Source: Bacteroidia bacterium (GTDB lineage: Bacteria; Bacteroidota; Bacteroidia; Cytophagales; Cyclobacteriaceae). Taken from it: DNA of 64,000 bases. The notes under the pieces were generated by a model. That model saw nothing but the letters and a program-made list of their open reading frames with translations, did no database searches and was not told the DNA's origin. This document shows positions 56,079 through 64,000 of the stretch, piece after piece. The DNA lies in the NCBI GenBank assembly GCA_030426345.1, contig JAUHYU010000013.1, positions 1,286 to 65,285 of the forward strand, read 5' to 3'. Position numbers and translations under genes: made by a program. Numbering within the stretch: the first letter of the stretch is position 1; each line of letters begins with the position of its first letter.

Positions 56079-57563
56079 CTAGGCCAAAATATCCTTGACT
56101 ACGTGTCCGTGTACATCTGTGAGCCTATAGCGACGGCCTTGATGTTTAAAAATTAGCTTCTCATGATCTACGCCTAGCAAGTGAAGTAAAGTGGCCTGAA
56201 AATCATGGACATGAACACCATTGTTGACAATATTATAACTAAAATCATCTGTTTTTCCATAGACCGTGCCAGGCTTGATGCCTCCACCGGCCATCCACAT
56301 GGTAAAGCATCTTGGGTGGTGGTCACGACCATAATTATCATGTGTGAGCTGTCCTTGAGAAAAACTTGTTCGTCCAAACTCCCCTCCCCAAACCACAAGT
56401 GTATCCTCCAACAATCCACGCTGTTTGAGGTCCTTTACCAAAGCCGCAGAGGCCTGATCACTCGATTTTGCGAGGCGTTGGATATCGGATGGCAAATTAC
56501 CATGTTGGTCCCACCCCATGTGATAGAGTTGGATAAACGGCACGTCCTTCTCTGCCAGTCGTCGAGCCAGTAAGCAATTGGCAGCGTAACTGCCGGGCTT
56601 GCGCACATCAGGTCCATACATATCTAGAATACAATCAGGCTCATTTGAAATATCCGTAACCTCGGGAACACTGGTTTGCATACGATAGGCAAGCTCATAT
56701 TGATTTAATTTAGAATCCATCTCAGGGTCACCCCAAACAGATTTTTGCTCCTTTTCAAGTTTCTCTAGATAATCCAACTCACGACGGCGACTTTGCATAT
56801 CAATTCCATCAGGATTAGATAAATAAAGCACAGGGTCAACACCAGATCTAAACCTCACACCCTGATGATGAGATGGAAGAAAGCCATTGTTCCAAATCTG
56901 CATATTCAGATTTTGTGTATCCGGCTTGCCCCTGGACAACAGCACGATAAAAGCCGGCAGGTTTTTATTTGGGCTACCAAGTCCATAGCTCATCCACGAA
57001 CCGATGCATGGTCGGCCTACCTGCTGAGAACCGGTCTGTAAAAATACGATGGCCGGTTCGTGGTTGATGGCTTCCGTGTACATGGAATTTACCACACATA
57101 TATCGCTAGCGATGGAAGAAATATGAGGAACAAGGCTACTAAAATACCCTCCAGTTTCGGGATGTTTCTTAAAATCAAATTTAGATCCAACAAGCGGAAA
57201 ACTGGACTGCGCAGCAAGCATCCCTGTGATCCGTTGGTCACCACGAACGCTATCCGGAATTTCTTCACCCCATCGCTTCGTGAGTTCCGGTTTGTAATCA
57301 AACAATTCAATCTGGCTGGGGCCACCGCTTTGAAAAAGATAGATGACCCGCTTGGCTTTTGGGGCATGATGCAATGCCCTTGAGATTTCACTCTCCGCCA
57401 TACTGTTCATTTGAGATCCAGAAACCATCGATTTTCCATGAACCATATCCGGGAAAAACATAGATCCCAGTGCCATTGCTCCCAACCCTTTGCTCGTCGT
57501 CCTGATAAACTCCCGTCGGGTTTTTAGATAGTTGGCGTTTTGTATATCAAATGAATTTTTCAT
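56079..57563 (-). CDS. DUF1501 protein (sulfatase-fold, Tat-exported)
   Basis: Tat-type RREFIRTTSKGLGAMALG. About 490 aa, with GGEFGRT and GRDHHP near the C-terminus, typical of DUF1501. Confidence 0.8.
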   Translation of the reverse strand: MKNSFDIQNANYLKTRREFIRTTSKGLGAMALGSMFFPDMVHGKSMVSGSQMNSMAESEISRALHHAPKAKRVIYLFQSGGPSQIELFDYKPELTKRWGEEIPDSVRGDQRITGMLAAQSSFPLVGSKFDFKKHPETGGYFSSLVPHISSIASDICVVNSMYTEAINHEPAIVFLQTGSQQVGRPCIGSWMSYGLGSPNKNLPAFIVLLSRGKPDTQNLNMQIWNNGFLPSHHQGVRFRSGVDPVLYLSNPDGIDMQSRRRELDYLEKLEKEQKSVWGDPEMDSKLNQYELAYRMQTSVPEVTDISNEPDCILDMYGPDVRKPGSYAANCLLARRLAEKDVPFIQLYHMGWDQHGNLPSDIQRLAKSSDQASAALVKDLKQRGLLEDTLVVWGGEFGRTSFSQGQLTHDNYGRDHHPRCFTMWMAGGGIKPGTVYGKTDDFSYNIVNNGVHVHDFQATLLHLLGVDHEKLIFKHQGRRYRLTDVHGHVVKDILA

Positions 57564-57575
57564 CGCTTACCACTT

Positions 57576-60500
57576 TTAATTTTTATAATACCCTTCAGTA
57601 GAATTCAGGATGGTATTGGCCAGCCTAGCCATAGCCGCCAGTTCTGGTTTTGGGATCGAAGCATTTGGAACTGCCCTGCCAATATCCAAATAAGCCTCGT
57701 TGTTTTTTTGATTCATTTTAAAATAGTTCAACTCCTCCACAAATTGTTCATTTAAAATTTGCTCTTCTCTCTTCGTAGGATACCTGCTAGTCAATGATCG
57801 AAAAACATTTGTGATGGCTTTCTGTTGATTTCCATTGGTCTCTTTCCATTCCTTTTCTGCCAGCACACGGCAACCTTCTATCATTTGTGGGTCATTGAGC
57901 AGTGCCAAAGCTTGCAAGGGAGTGCTGCTTCGCTGTCGTCTTACCTGGCATTCTGCTCGGCTGGCAGCATCAAAGATCAGCATGTTTGGCGGGGGCATAT
58001 TTCTTTTCCAGAAAGTATAAATACTCCGACGATACAATCCGTTGTCATAATCAACCTCATATTCGGGAAAAAACTTATGAGCCATTACTTCTTTCCAAAG
58101 TCCTGGGGGTTGGTACGGAAATACAGATATTCCTCCAATTTGATTATCCAATAAACCACTAGTTGCCAATATATTGTCCCTGATCATTTCAGCCGAACGG
58201 CGATATCTTGGCCCCCTTGCCAATAATTTGTTGTCAGGATCGATCTCTTTCAGTTCAGGCCTGATCACTGATGATTGTCGATAAGTTGCCGATAGCACCA
58301 TCTGGCGAATAAGCCTCTTCATGTCCCACCCATTTTTTTGAAAGTCAATCGCCAGCCAATCCAGCAATTCTGGATGCGTTGGAAGTGCACCCTGATTGCC
58401 AAAATCCTCCACTGTTTCTACAATGCCCCTGCCAAACATCAGGTACCAAGCCTGATTAACTGCTACCCTTGCAGTTAGTGGATTGTCAGGATGCACCATC
58501 CATTTTCCCAATCCATATCGGTTTTTGGGCAGGTTTTTTGGAAATGCAAAAATGGATTCCGGCACATTGCTTTGCACTTCTTCCCCTGCCGCATTATACA
58601 CCCCACGGTTCAGTATGTAAGTTGGACGCAGTTTTGGAAAATCTCCCATCACCATAATTTCCTGTGTCGTATCCATCAATTCGATTTCACGGGCCTGAAC
58701 TGCTCTCAATTGTTCACGGCCTTTTTCCAGTTCCTGATCTATAAAAAGGTCATAAAATTCATGAAGTTGTCGATCATTCTTTTTCAGTGCTTCGGCAAAT
58801 TCCAATTTTCCATTTTCCTTATCATAAAGATATTTGGCAACAAAATCATCTGCTTCTTTATTGAGAATTTGTACTTCATCGAGCATGCCTCCAGTAAAAT
58901 CCTGATCATAATGACGGTTGCCAATGATCAAACCATTGTAACCCATATAGACAGTTGCCTCGGCATTCAGGTATGGTTTAGATGATCTGTAAATATAATT
59001 CCGTTCAATTTCCATGGGAATTTGCTCCCCATTTTGATATACCTTCATTCCTTTTGCATTGCTCGATCCATCATAGGTCCATACAAAATGTACCCATTCA
59101 TTTAGCGGCAGCGGCTCAGGTGTGCGGATATCCAATGATTGGTACGGATGCGCATGGTTCAGCCGAAAATGTACCCGTCCCGAATCGAGCATGACATCCC
59201 ATCCTCGGTATCCTTGTATCCTGTTGTTGCCATTATAGATCACATGAGCTTCGTCAAAAGTCTTCGGGGTATTGATCCAAAAACTGACTGTGTATGGTTC
59301 CATTCTTTCGAAAACAATCCTACGGCCATCAGCGACAAGTTTTCCATTGGCATCGCTGCGCACTGCATGGCCTATTTTGCCTGGGACTGGGGCAATATTG
59401 CCGGAATAGCTTGCTGATTCTGCCCCTTTTGCTAAATCCGTCGTTTTTCCATCTACCATGTCATCAAAAGTAAGATGGGTAACCGTGGCACTTTCTACTC
59501 TTTCATCTAAAAGACCGTCGCCTTTTTGCGTTTTCAGCCATTGCCGAAAATCAGGTTCATTTATTTTTTCATGCTTTCGCAAATCGTTTTGCATACTATC
59601 GATCCTATGCAATAGATATTCACGTATGGCTTCTGTCTCCTTAGCCACTAATGGCAAAACTGGCCCTGAATTCATTGAATATTTATTGGGCACTTTCTGT
59701 CCATATTCTATGGCGTTTAGGCTAAATATGCCATCGCCCCGTTCGATGGTGGAATTGAAAAAGCCATACATCTGATAATAATTTTCTTGGCTGATCGGGT
59801 CGTATTTGTGGTCATGGCACCTGGCACATCCTACCGTCAATCCCAAAAATGCCGTGCCTACCGTATTGGTTCTATCCACATTATACTCAACCCTGAACTC
59901 CTCGGGGATAATACCGCCTTCTGAATTTTGCTTATGATTTCTGTTGAAGGCCGTAGCCAAAATTTGTTCTTGAGTGGCATTGGGAAACTGGTCACCCCCA
60001 ACCTGCCATGAAATAAATTTGTCGTAAGGTAGGTTCTCATTGAACGCTTTGATCACCCAATCCCGATATGGCCAAAAAGTATGGTGAAAATCATCGAGAT
60101 ATCCCTCGGAATCAGCAAACCGAGCCACGTCCAACCAATGGGCCGCCATTCTTTCTCCATAAGCAGAAGTGTTCAAAAGACTATCTACCAACCTTTCATA
60201 GTACTTTTCATTTTTGTTATCTACCCAATGATCCAAATCATCCAATGAGGGAGGCAAGCCGGTGATGTCAAAGAATACGCGCCGAACGAGTTGCTCTCGG
60301 TTGGCTTCCGGCGCAGGTTTTAGATCATGATTTTCTAATTTTCCCGCTATAAAATGGTCAATTTCATTTATACCCCAATCGCCCTCTGCTTTCGGGACTT
60401 TGGGTTCCTTAGGTTTTATAAAAGCCCAATGTGGTGCGTATTTTGCGCCTTGTTGAATCCACTTAATCAGAATGGCTTTTTCAGCAACAGTGAGCATGAG

Positions 60501-60854
60501 GTTTGACTCGGGAGGTGGCATTATTATTTCCTTGTCCTCAGAAAGAATGCGCTGTACTAAATAGCTTTTTTGGATATTCTTCGGGACAATGGCATGTCCG
60601 TTGCCACTAGCGAGAGCGGCATAGGCGCTTTCTTCACTATCCAATCTCAGTTCTGATTTTTGCTGTTTGGCATCGGGGCCATGGCAAGCAAAACAACGGT
60701 CTGAAAGTATTGGCTTAACGTGGAAATTGTAATCTATGCGATCCGGTGCCCTGGATATTTCAGATGTTATTTCTTCAGAAAGCCCTGAACCGCAGGCATA
60801 GACCAATATTAGCAAACATATATGAAATAAATATTGGAAAGCATTCCATCTCAT
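57576..60854 (-). CDS. PSCyt / DUF1549 / LamG-like / DUF1553 multidomain protein
   Basis: 1092 aa. The N-terminal CFACHGPD is a planctomycete-type cytochrome c domain. DUF1549-like WLDVARFADSEGY and CARCHDHKYDP follow, then a ConA/LamG-like insert and a DUF1553-like C-terminus. It lies 12 nt upstream of DUF1501. Confidence 0.8.
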   Translation of the reverse strand: MRWNAFQYLFHICLLILVYACGSGLSEEITSEISRAPDRIDYNFHVKPILSDRCFACHGPDAKQQKSELRLDSEESAYAALASGNGHAIVPKNIQKSYLVQRILSEDKEIIMPPPESNLMLTVAEKAILIKWIQQGAKYAPHWAFIKPKEPKVPKAEGDWGINEIDHFIAGKLENHDLKPAPEANREQLVRRVFFDITGLPPSLDDLDHWVDNKNEKYYERLVDSLLNTSAYGERMAAHWLDVARFADSEGYLDDFHHTFWPYRDWVIKAFNENLPYDKFISWQVGGDQFPNATQEQILATAFNRNHKQNSEGGIIPEEFRVEYNVDRTNTVGTAFLGLTVGCARCHDHKYDPISQENYYQMYGFFNSTIERGDGIFSLNAIEYGQKVPNKYSMNSGPVLPLVAKETEAIREYLLHRIDSMQNDLRKHEKINEPDFRQWLKTQKGDGLLDERVESATVTHLTFDDMVDGKTTDLAKGAESASYSGNIAPVPGKIGHAVRSDANGKLVADGRRIVFERMEPYTVSFWINTPKTFDEAHVIYNGNNRIQGYRGWDVMLDSGRVHFRLNHAHPYQSLDIRTPEPLPLNEWVHFVWTYDGSSNAKGMKVYQNGEQIPMEIERNYIYRSSKPYLNAEATVYMGYNGLIIGNRHYDQDFTGGMLDEVQILNKEADDFVAKYLYDKENGKLEFAEALKKNDRQLHEFYDLFIDQELEKGREQLRAVQAREIELMDTTQEIMVMGDFPKLRPTYILNRGVYNAAGEEVQSNVPESIFAFPKNLPKNRYGLGKWMVHPDNPLTARVAVNQAWYLMFGRGIVETVEDFGNQGALPTHPELLDWLAIDFQKNGWDMKRLIRQMVLSATYRQSSVIRPELKEIDPDNKLLARGPRYRRSAEMIRDNILATSGLLDNQIGGISVFPYQPPGLWKEVMAHKFFPEYEVDYDNGLYRRSIYTFWKRNMPPPNMLIFDAASRAECQVRRQRSSTPLQALALLNDPQMIEGCRVLAEKEWKETNGNQQKAITNVFRSLTSRYPTKREEQILNEQFVEELNYFKMNQKNNEAYLDIGRAVPNASIPKPELAAMARLANTILNSTEGYYKN

Positions 60855-60907
60855 TTAGCAATTTAATCATTTTTGTGTATTGCCAAATGATGATTTCGAG
60901 AAGAGTT

Positions 60908-60928
60908 GATGGATTTTAGGGGGTTTTT
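60908..60928. repeat. motif variant GATGGATTTTAGGGGGTTTTT overlapping the stop of the HEAT gene
   Basis: On the minus strand it reads AAAAACCCCCTAAAATCCATC. The TAA stop lies inside it. Confidence 0.65.
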
Positions 60929-61458
60929 ATTTGGTTGTCTTCGATATAAGCCTCAAGATCGCTCAACATCTCTTCCACTTCCGTCTTGCGCAGTTCATAT
61001 ATCTCGTCCTGTTTAACGTTGTTAGAATAATGGTTCCAGTGCTTTTTGGCTTTTTTCAAAACCCTAGCGGTAATATCAAATTCTTTGAAATCAAGTAGGT
61101 TTTTAGCCAACGTGGATACCTTAAAACTTCCCGTAAGGTACAGTTTGAATATCGGCACATAAACCGTGCTTACATCAAATCCATCCAGTGCCATCAAAAG
61201 ATCACCTGCTATTTCCGCATTGCTTGGATCGTGAATGGCTTCCAAAAGTGGGGCCAATCCGTCTGAATTATTTTCTACCAATCCCAACGTTCGGGCCGCG
61301 ATGATCCTCGACTCCGGGTTAGGATGATGCAGCAATTCAATCATGGAATTTACAACACTTTCAGAGCCAATCCTGACCAAAGAATCAGAGGCTTTATATG
61401 CCCTGTCTTGAAGTTCCCCGGTGAGCTGCTCTACTAGATGAGTTATATCTACTGCCAT
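60916..61458 (-). CDS. HEAT-repeat protein
   Basis: 180 aa with HEAT-like helices (LLHHPNPESRIIAARTLGLV, LLEAIHDPSNAEIAGDLLMAL). Confidence 0.6.
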   Translation of the reverse strand: MAVDITHLVEQLTGELQDRAYKASDSLVRIGSESVVNSMIELLHHPNPESRIIAARTLGLVENNSDGLAPLLEAIHDPSNAEIAGDLLMALDGFDVSTVYVPIFKLYLTGSFKVSTLAKNLLDFKEFDITARVLKKAKKHWNHYSNNVKQDEIYELRKTEVEEMLSDLEAYIEDNQIKTP

Positions 61459-61564
61459 TTATTTATTAGGTAATCAATTTTCAATCTTTCTTTTCGCATT
61501 TCTAAATTGAGAAAAGTGCATGAAAACCATACAGCCAAATTGCGGCCAAGTGAAACAAACTTGC

Positions 61565-62035
61565 CTATTTCTCTATAATCGGTTTTAAGGCTGCCGGAGA
61601 ATATTTGATGGATTTTAGGGTTTTTTTGTCTCCTTTACGGAATACGAGGTAATGTCCATCCACTTCCTCATAATAGCTATCGACACCTTTGCTTTCTTTA
61701 TAATATTGAATGGTGGACTCAGCTTCGTCTACTGTCGCACAACTTTTACTCATATTCGACCGCTGCACTTCATCAAATAAATCCCTGAATTTCTCCCCTA
61801 AACCAAATTCTAAAACTGCACCGCTCAGAACGTACTGGATGTCGCACAAGGCATCGGCAACTTCCACGATGTCTTTATCTTTTATAGCTGCTTCCAATTC
61901 TTCTAACTCCTCTCTAATTAAAGAAACACGCAGCTCACATCTTTTTTCAGCAGGTATGGTAGGTTCCTTTTCTATTGGGTGTTTGAATGTGCGATGAAAT
62001 TCCGCAACTTGATTTAATGCATCTAAAACCTTCAT
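61565..62035 (-). CDS. MazG-like nucleoside triphosphate pyrophosphohydrolase family protein
   Basis: 156 aa with the all-alpha NTP-PPase signature LIREELEELEAAIKDKDIVEVADALCDIQYV. Confidence 0.7.
   Translation of the reverse strand: MKVLDALNQVAEFHRTFKHPIEKEPTIPAEKRCELRVSLIREELEELEAAIKDKDIVEVADALCDIQYVLSGAVLEFGLGEKFRDLFDEVQRSNMSKSCATVDEAESTIQYYKESKGVDSYYEEVDGHYLVFRKGDKKTLKSIKYSPAALKPIIEK
61607..61627. repeat. motif variant GATGGATTTTAGGGTTTTTTT inside the 3' end of the MazG-like ORF
   Basis: Shares the 14-mer GATGGATTTTAGGG with the copy at 60908. Confidence 0.65.
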
Positions 62036-62226
62036 GTAATGTTCTTAATTTTTGATTCTACCGCAATAATAATTAAAAGATTTAAGTAAGTCTGGAAAAA
62101 TGTACAGACCATGGTTTTTTATTACATTGACTCTCCGCACAAATCCCTCTCGATACCTCAACCAATTTTATAATATTGACTATTTTCAGTTAATTAGCTT
62201 AAGTTTTAAACAAGTATGAATAGAAT

Positions 62227-63051
62227 ATGAAATTATCTAAAAGAAGTATCTCCGCGTTTCTGTTTTTTATCTGCACGGTTGTGGTCGTGCAATCAGGGTT
62301 GGCTCAGAAGCCAGAGGCCGAAATAGAGCGCTTTATCAAGGATTACGCCAAGGCGTACGAAAACATCACCAAAACAAGAGATAAACAATCTGTTTTGGAT
62401 TTTGTGTCAAAGGACCTCTTCTCAACAATTATCAAATCCAATGTAGTTGATAATTTTGGTCTTATTCAAAGTTCCTATGCTGACTTTGACAATCACTTAG
62501 ATCAGCTAATCAATACCAATGGCATGGAGGTGAACTACGATATCAAAGACGTTTTGAGATCGAAAGTACGGGGAAAAACCGGAGTAGTCGTTTGTGAAGT
62601 AGCAGTTCAGATATCTTCTAAAGGTGAAATCTGGAACAAAGGAACGGAACTAACTACATATGTACTGAAAAATTTTAAAAGTGGATGGAAAATATTGAAC
62701 TTCAATGTTGTGAGCCTTGAAGAAGAGCAAAATAAAGGCACTTGCCTCACTGAAGTTTTCAAGGCTTCTACTGGAAGTTATATGGTAAAAACCATTGTCC
62801 CAAAGGGAAGTACTTACGAATCCAATGTTAATAACTTTGAGTTCAATCCCGGCAATGGTGTTGTTTATATAAACATTGATGGTGAAAGTGGTTATTCTTG
62901 GATCAAAGATGGCCCAATAACAAAACTTGCCCAAGGCAACCAACAGGAAAGAGTAATCGGACCTGCGATAGATGAGTACGAGGCTGTTTTGAATATCGTT
63001 AAGCTTGATCTTTATAAAAGCAATTGCTTAAATTTTAGGAATAAAAATTAA
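62227..63051 (+). CDS. secreted hypothetical protein (N-terminal half possibly NTF2-like)
   Basis: 274 aa with a signal peptide. No family firmly recognised. Confidence 0.5.
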   Translation: MKLSKRSISAFLFFICTVVVVQSGLAQKPEAEIERFIKDYAKAYENITKTRDKQSVLDFVSKDLFSTIIKSNVVDNFGLIQSSYADFDNHLDQLINTNGMEVNYDIKDVLRSKVRGKTGVVVCEVAVQISSKGEIWNKGTELTTYVLKNFKSGWKILNFNVVSLEEEQNKGTCLTEVFKASTGSYMVKTIVPKGSTYESNVNNFEFNPGNGVVYINIDGESGYSWIKDGPITKLAQGNQQERVIGPAIDEYEAVLNIVKLDLYKSNCLNFRNKN

Positions 63052-63075
63052 ATTTTCCTAAATCAGACATTGAAA

Positions 63076-63100
63076 AGGCCGGTAATACCGGCCTTTTTTT
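63076..63100 (+). terminator. rho-independent, potentially bidirectional terminator
   Basis: GGCCGG-TAATA-CCGGCC stem-loop flanked by AAAA upstream and TTTTTTT downstream. Lies between convergent genes. Confidence 0.85.
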
Positions 63101-63112
63101 GTTTTCTACCAA

Positions 63113-63147
63113 CCCTAAATAAACCCATGGATATTAGGGGCTTTTTT
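63113..63147. repeat. imperfect palindromic motif copy (…AAACCCATGGATATTAGGGGCTTTTTT)
   Basis: Lies between convergent genes, just after a GC-rich terminator. Confidence 0.7.
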
Positions 63148-63966
63148 CTAAAAATCAAACTGCATGGGGTCAGGATACTTAAACTCAAATTTCGTTTTGC
63201 TCAATAGATAACCTGATGACACTTCCTTGCCAAACGTATTATCTTTCTCGCTAAATATTGGTGGTGCAAGACTAATGGAATCAGCCATTTTCGTATAGAA
63301 ATCCGTTTTTGTGGGATGAACAGGTGCTACAACATTAAAAATTTCATTCTCGACAGTATTTTCCAGCATATAGGTAATAACTCCAATGGCATCATTGAGA
63401 TGAAGATAGTTGACAGGATGGGCTCCGGAAGATGACAACTCACGGCCAGCCAAAAATCGCCCCGGATGTCTTTCCGGCCCGGCCAACCCACCAAACCTCA
63501 AGATGACATGTGGGATCTTTGATTCCATTATTGCCTTTTCGGTTTCTAAGATAGCTTTTCCGGAAGATGTCTGAGGCTGTGGCGCTACTTTTTCATCGAC
63601 GAAAACCTCAGTGTTTCCATACACCGAAGTCGAACTGACAAACACAATTTTCTTTATGGATTTTACCTGCTTCGCGATGCGCAGTAGTTGCACGATTGAA
63701 TTTGGATAGTCTTCCCGAACATTAGGATTTTTACGGCCTGGTGGAATATTGATCACCAAGTAATCAGTTGAAAGCATCTCAAAATCCATGAATTCAGGGT
63801 CGGGAAACTTCAGCAAAAAAGGCATAATGCCAACATCCTGCAATTGCTGAATTTTTGTTTTGTTTGTAGTTGTTCCATGGATTTTCCACCCTTTTTTTAG
63901 CATCAGTCGACTTAAGGGCAATCCCAGCCAACCGCAACCAACTACACATAGTGTGCTACTTCTCAT
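63148..63966 (-). CDS. NAD(P)-binding Rossmann-fold protein (SDR / NAD-dependent epimerase-like)
   Basis: 272 aa with the N-terminal VVGCGWLGLPL dinucleotide-binding loop. Confidence 0.7.
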   Translation of the reverse strand: MRSSTLCVVGCGWLGLPLSRLMLKKGWKIHGTTTNKTKIQQLQDVGIMPFLLKFPDPEFMDFEMLSTDYLVINIPPGRKNPNVREDYPNSIVQLLRIAKQVKSIKKIVFVSSTSVYGNTEVFVDEKVAPQPQTSSGKAILETEKAIMESKIPHVILRFGGLAGPERHPGRFLAGRELSSSGAHPVNYLHLNDAIGVITYMLENTVENEIFNVVAPVHPTKTDFYTKMADSISLAPPIFSEKDNTFGKEVSSGYLLSKTKFEFKYPDPMQFDF

Positions 63967-64000
63967 TAGTATTTATATTATAAAAAAAGCGTTGTTTTTC

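Noticed and set aside
5513-60265. Dozens of 60-250-aa ORFs nested antisense or out of frame inside long genes (for example 5513..5920, 10074..10529, 25816..26313, 40423..41166, 50295..50816, 51743..52315, 58491..58985).
   Set aside because: Each is fully contained in a longer ORF with clear family signatures. Their translations are low-complexity or rich in Cys, Phe, Ile and Leu, with no recognisable motifs. They are treated as shadow ORFs.
1-64000. Looked for rRNA, tRNA, CRISPR arrays, transposases, integrases, IS inverted repeats and prophage genes.
   Set aside because: No cloverleaf-like or rRNA-like segment was seen. There are no regularly spaced direct repeats with unique spacers, and no recombinase or transposase-like translations in the ORF track. 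This was a reading by eye, not a covariance-model scan.

Overview
This 64-kb window looks like chromosomal DNA from a Bacteroidota bacterium. The phylum call is an inference from SusC/SusD pairs, a T9SS C-terminal sorting domain, ECF-sigma/FecR modules and the absence of Shine-Dalgarno-like leaders. All gene calls come from reading the supplied translations and recalling family motifs. No search or alignment was run.

About 49 real genes tile the window. The many short antisense ORFs nested inside long ORFs are judged spurious.

- **1-23 kb, mostly housekeeping:** a truncated TonB-dependent receptor, rpe, an S8 protease with a T9SS tail, mnmA, acnA, DUF488, ctaA, a CNT nucleoside transporter, a bifunctional nuclease, etfAB, a FadL-like porin with an SGNH lipoprotein, a SorAB-like molybdoenzyme with a cytochrome c, and a penicillin-acylase-family protein.
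- **23-41.5 kb, one minus-strand super-locus:** sulfatase, an unknown lipoprotein, then two tandem sigma / anti-sigma / SusC(STN) / SusD modules and a third orphan ECF sigma.
- **41.5-47.5 kb, AT-richer stretch:** orphan genes (membrane proteins, a stand-alone propeller, DUF418, DUF2971) separated by unusually long spacers.
- **47.5-64 kb:** a second sulfatase, an AraC / TonB receptor / PLP enzyme / DUF1611 / enolase-superfamily epimerase cluster, a DUF1501 + PSCyt/DUF1553 pair, a HEAT protein, a MazG-like protein and an SDR.

No rRNA, tRNA, CRISPR array, transposase or integrase was seen.

The most striking feature visible directly in the sequence is a hyper-abundant motif, core AAAATCCATG and extended form AAAGCCTYTAAAATCCATGR. 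It occurs as single copies, as perfect palindromic pairs at gene ends, and inside coding regions in all three frames. The best gene-content candidate for an uncharacterised system is the TonB-receptor-linked PLP / DUF1611 / epimerase cluster.
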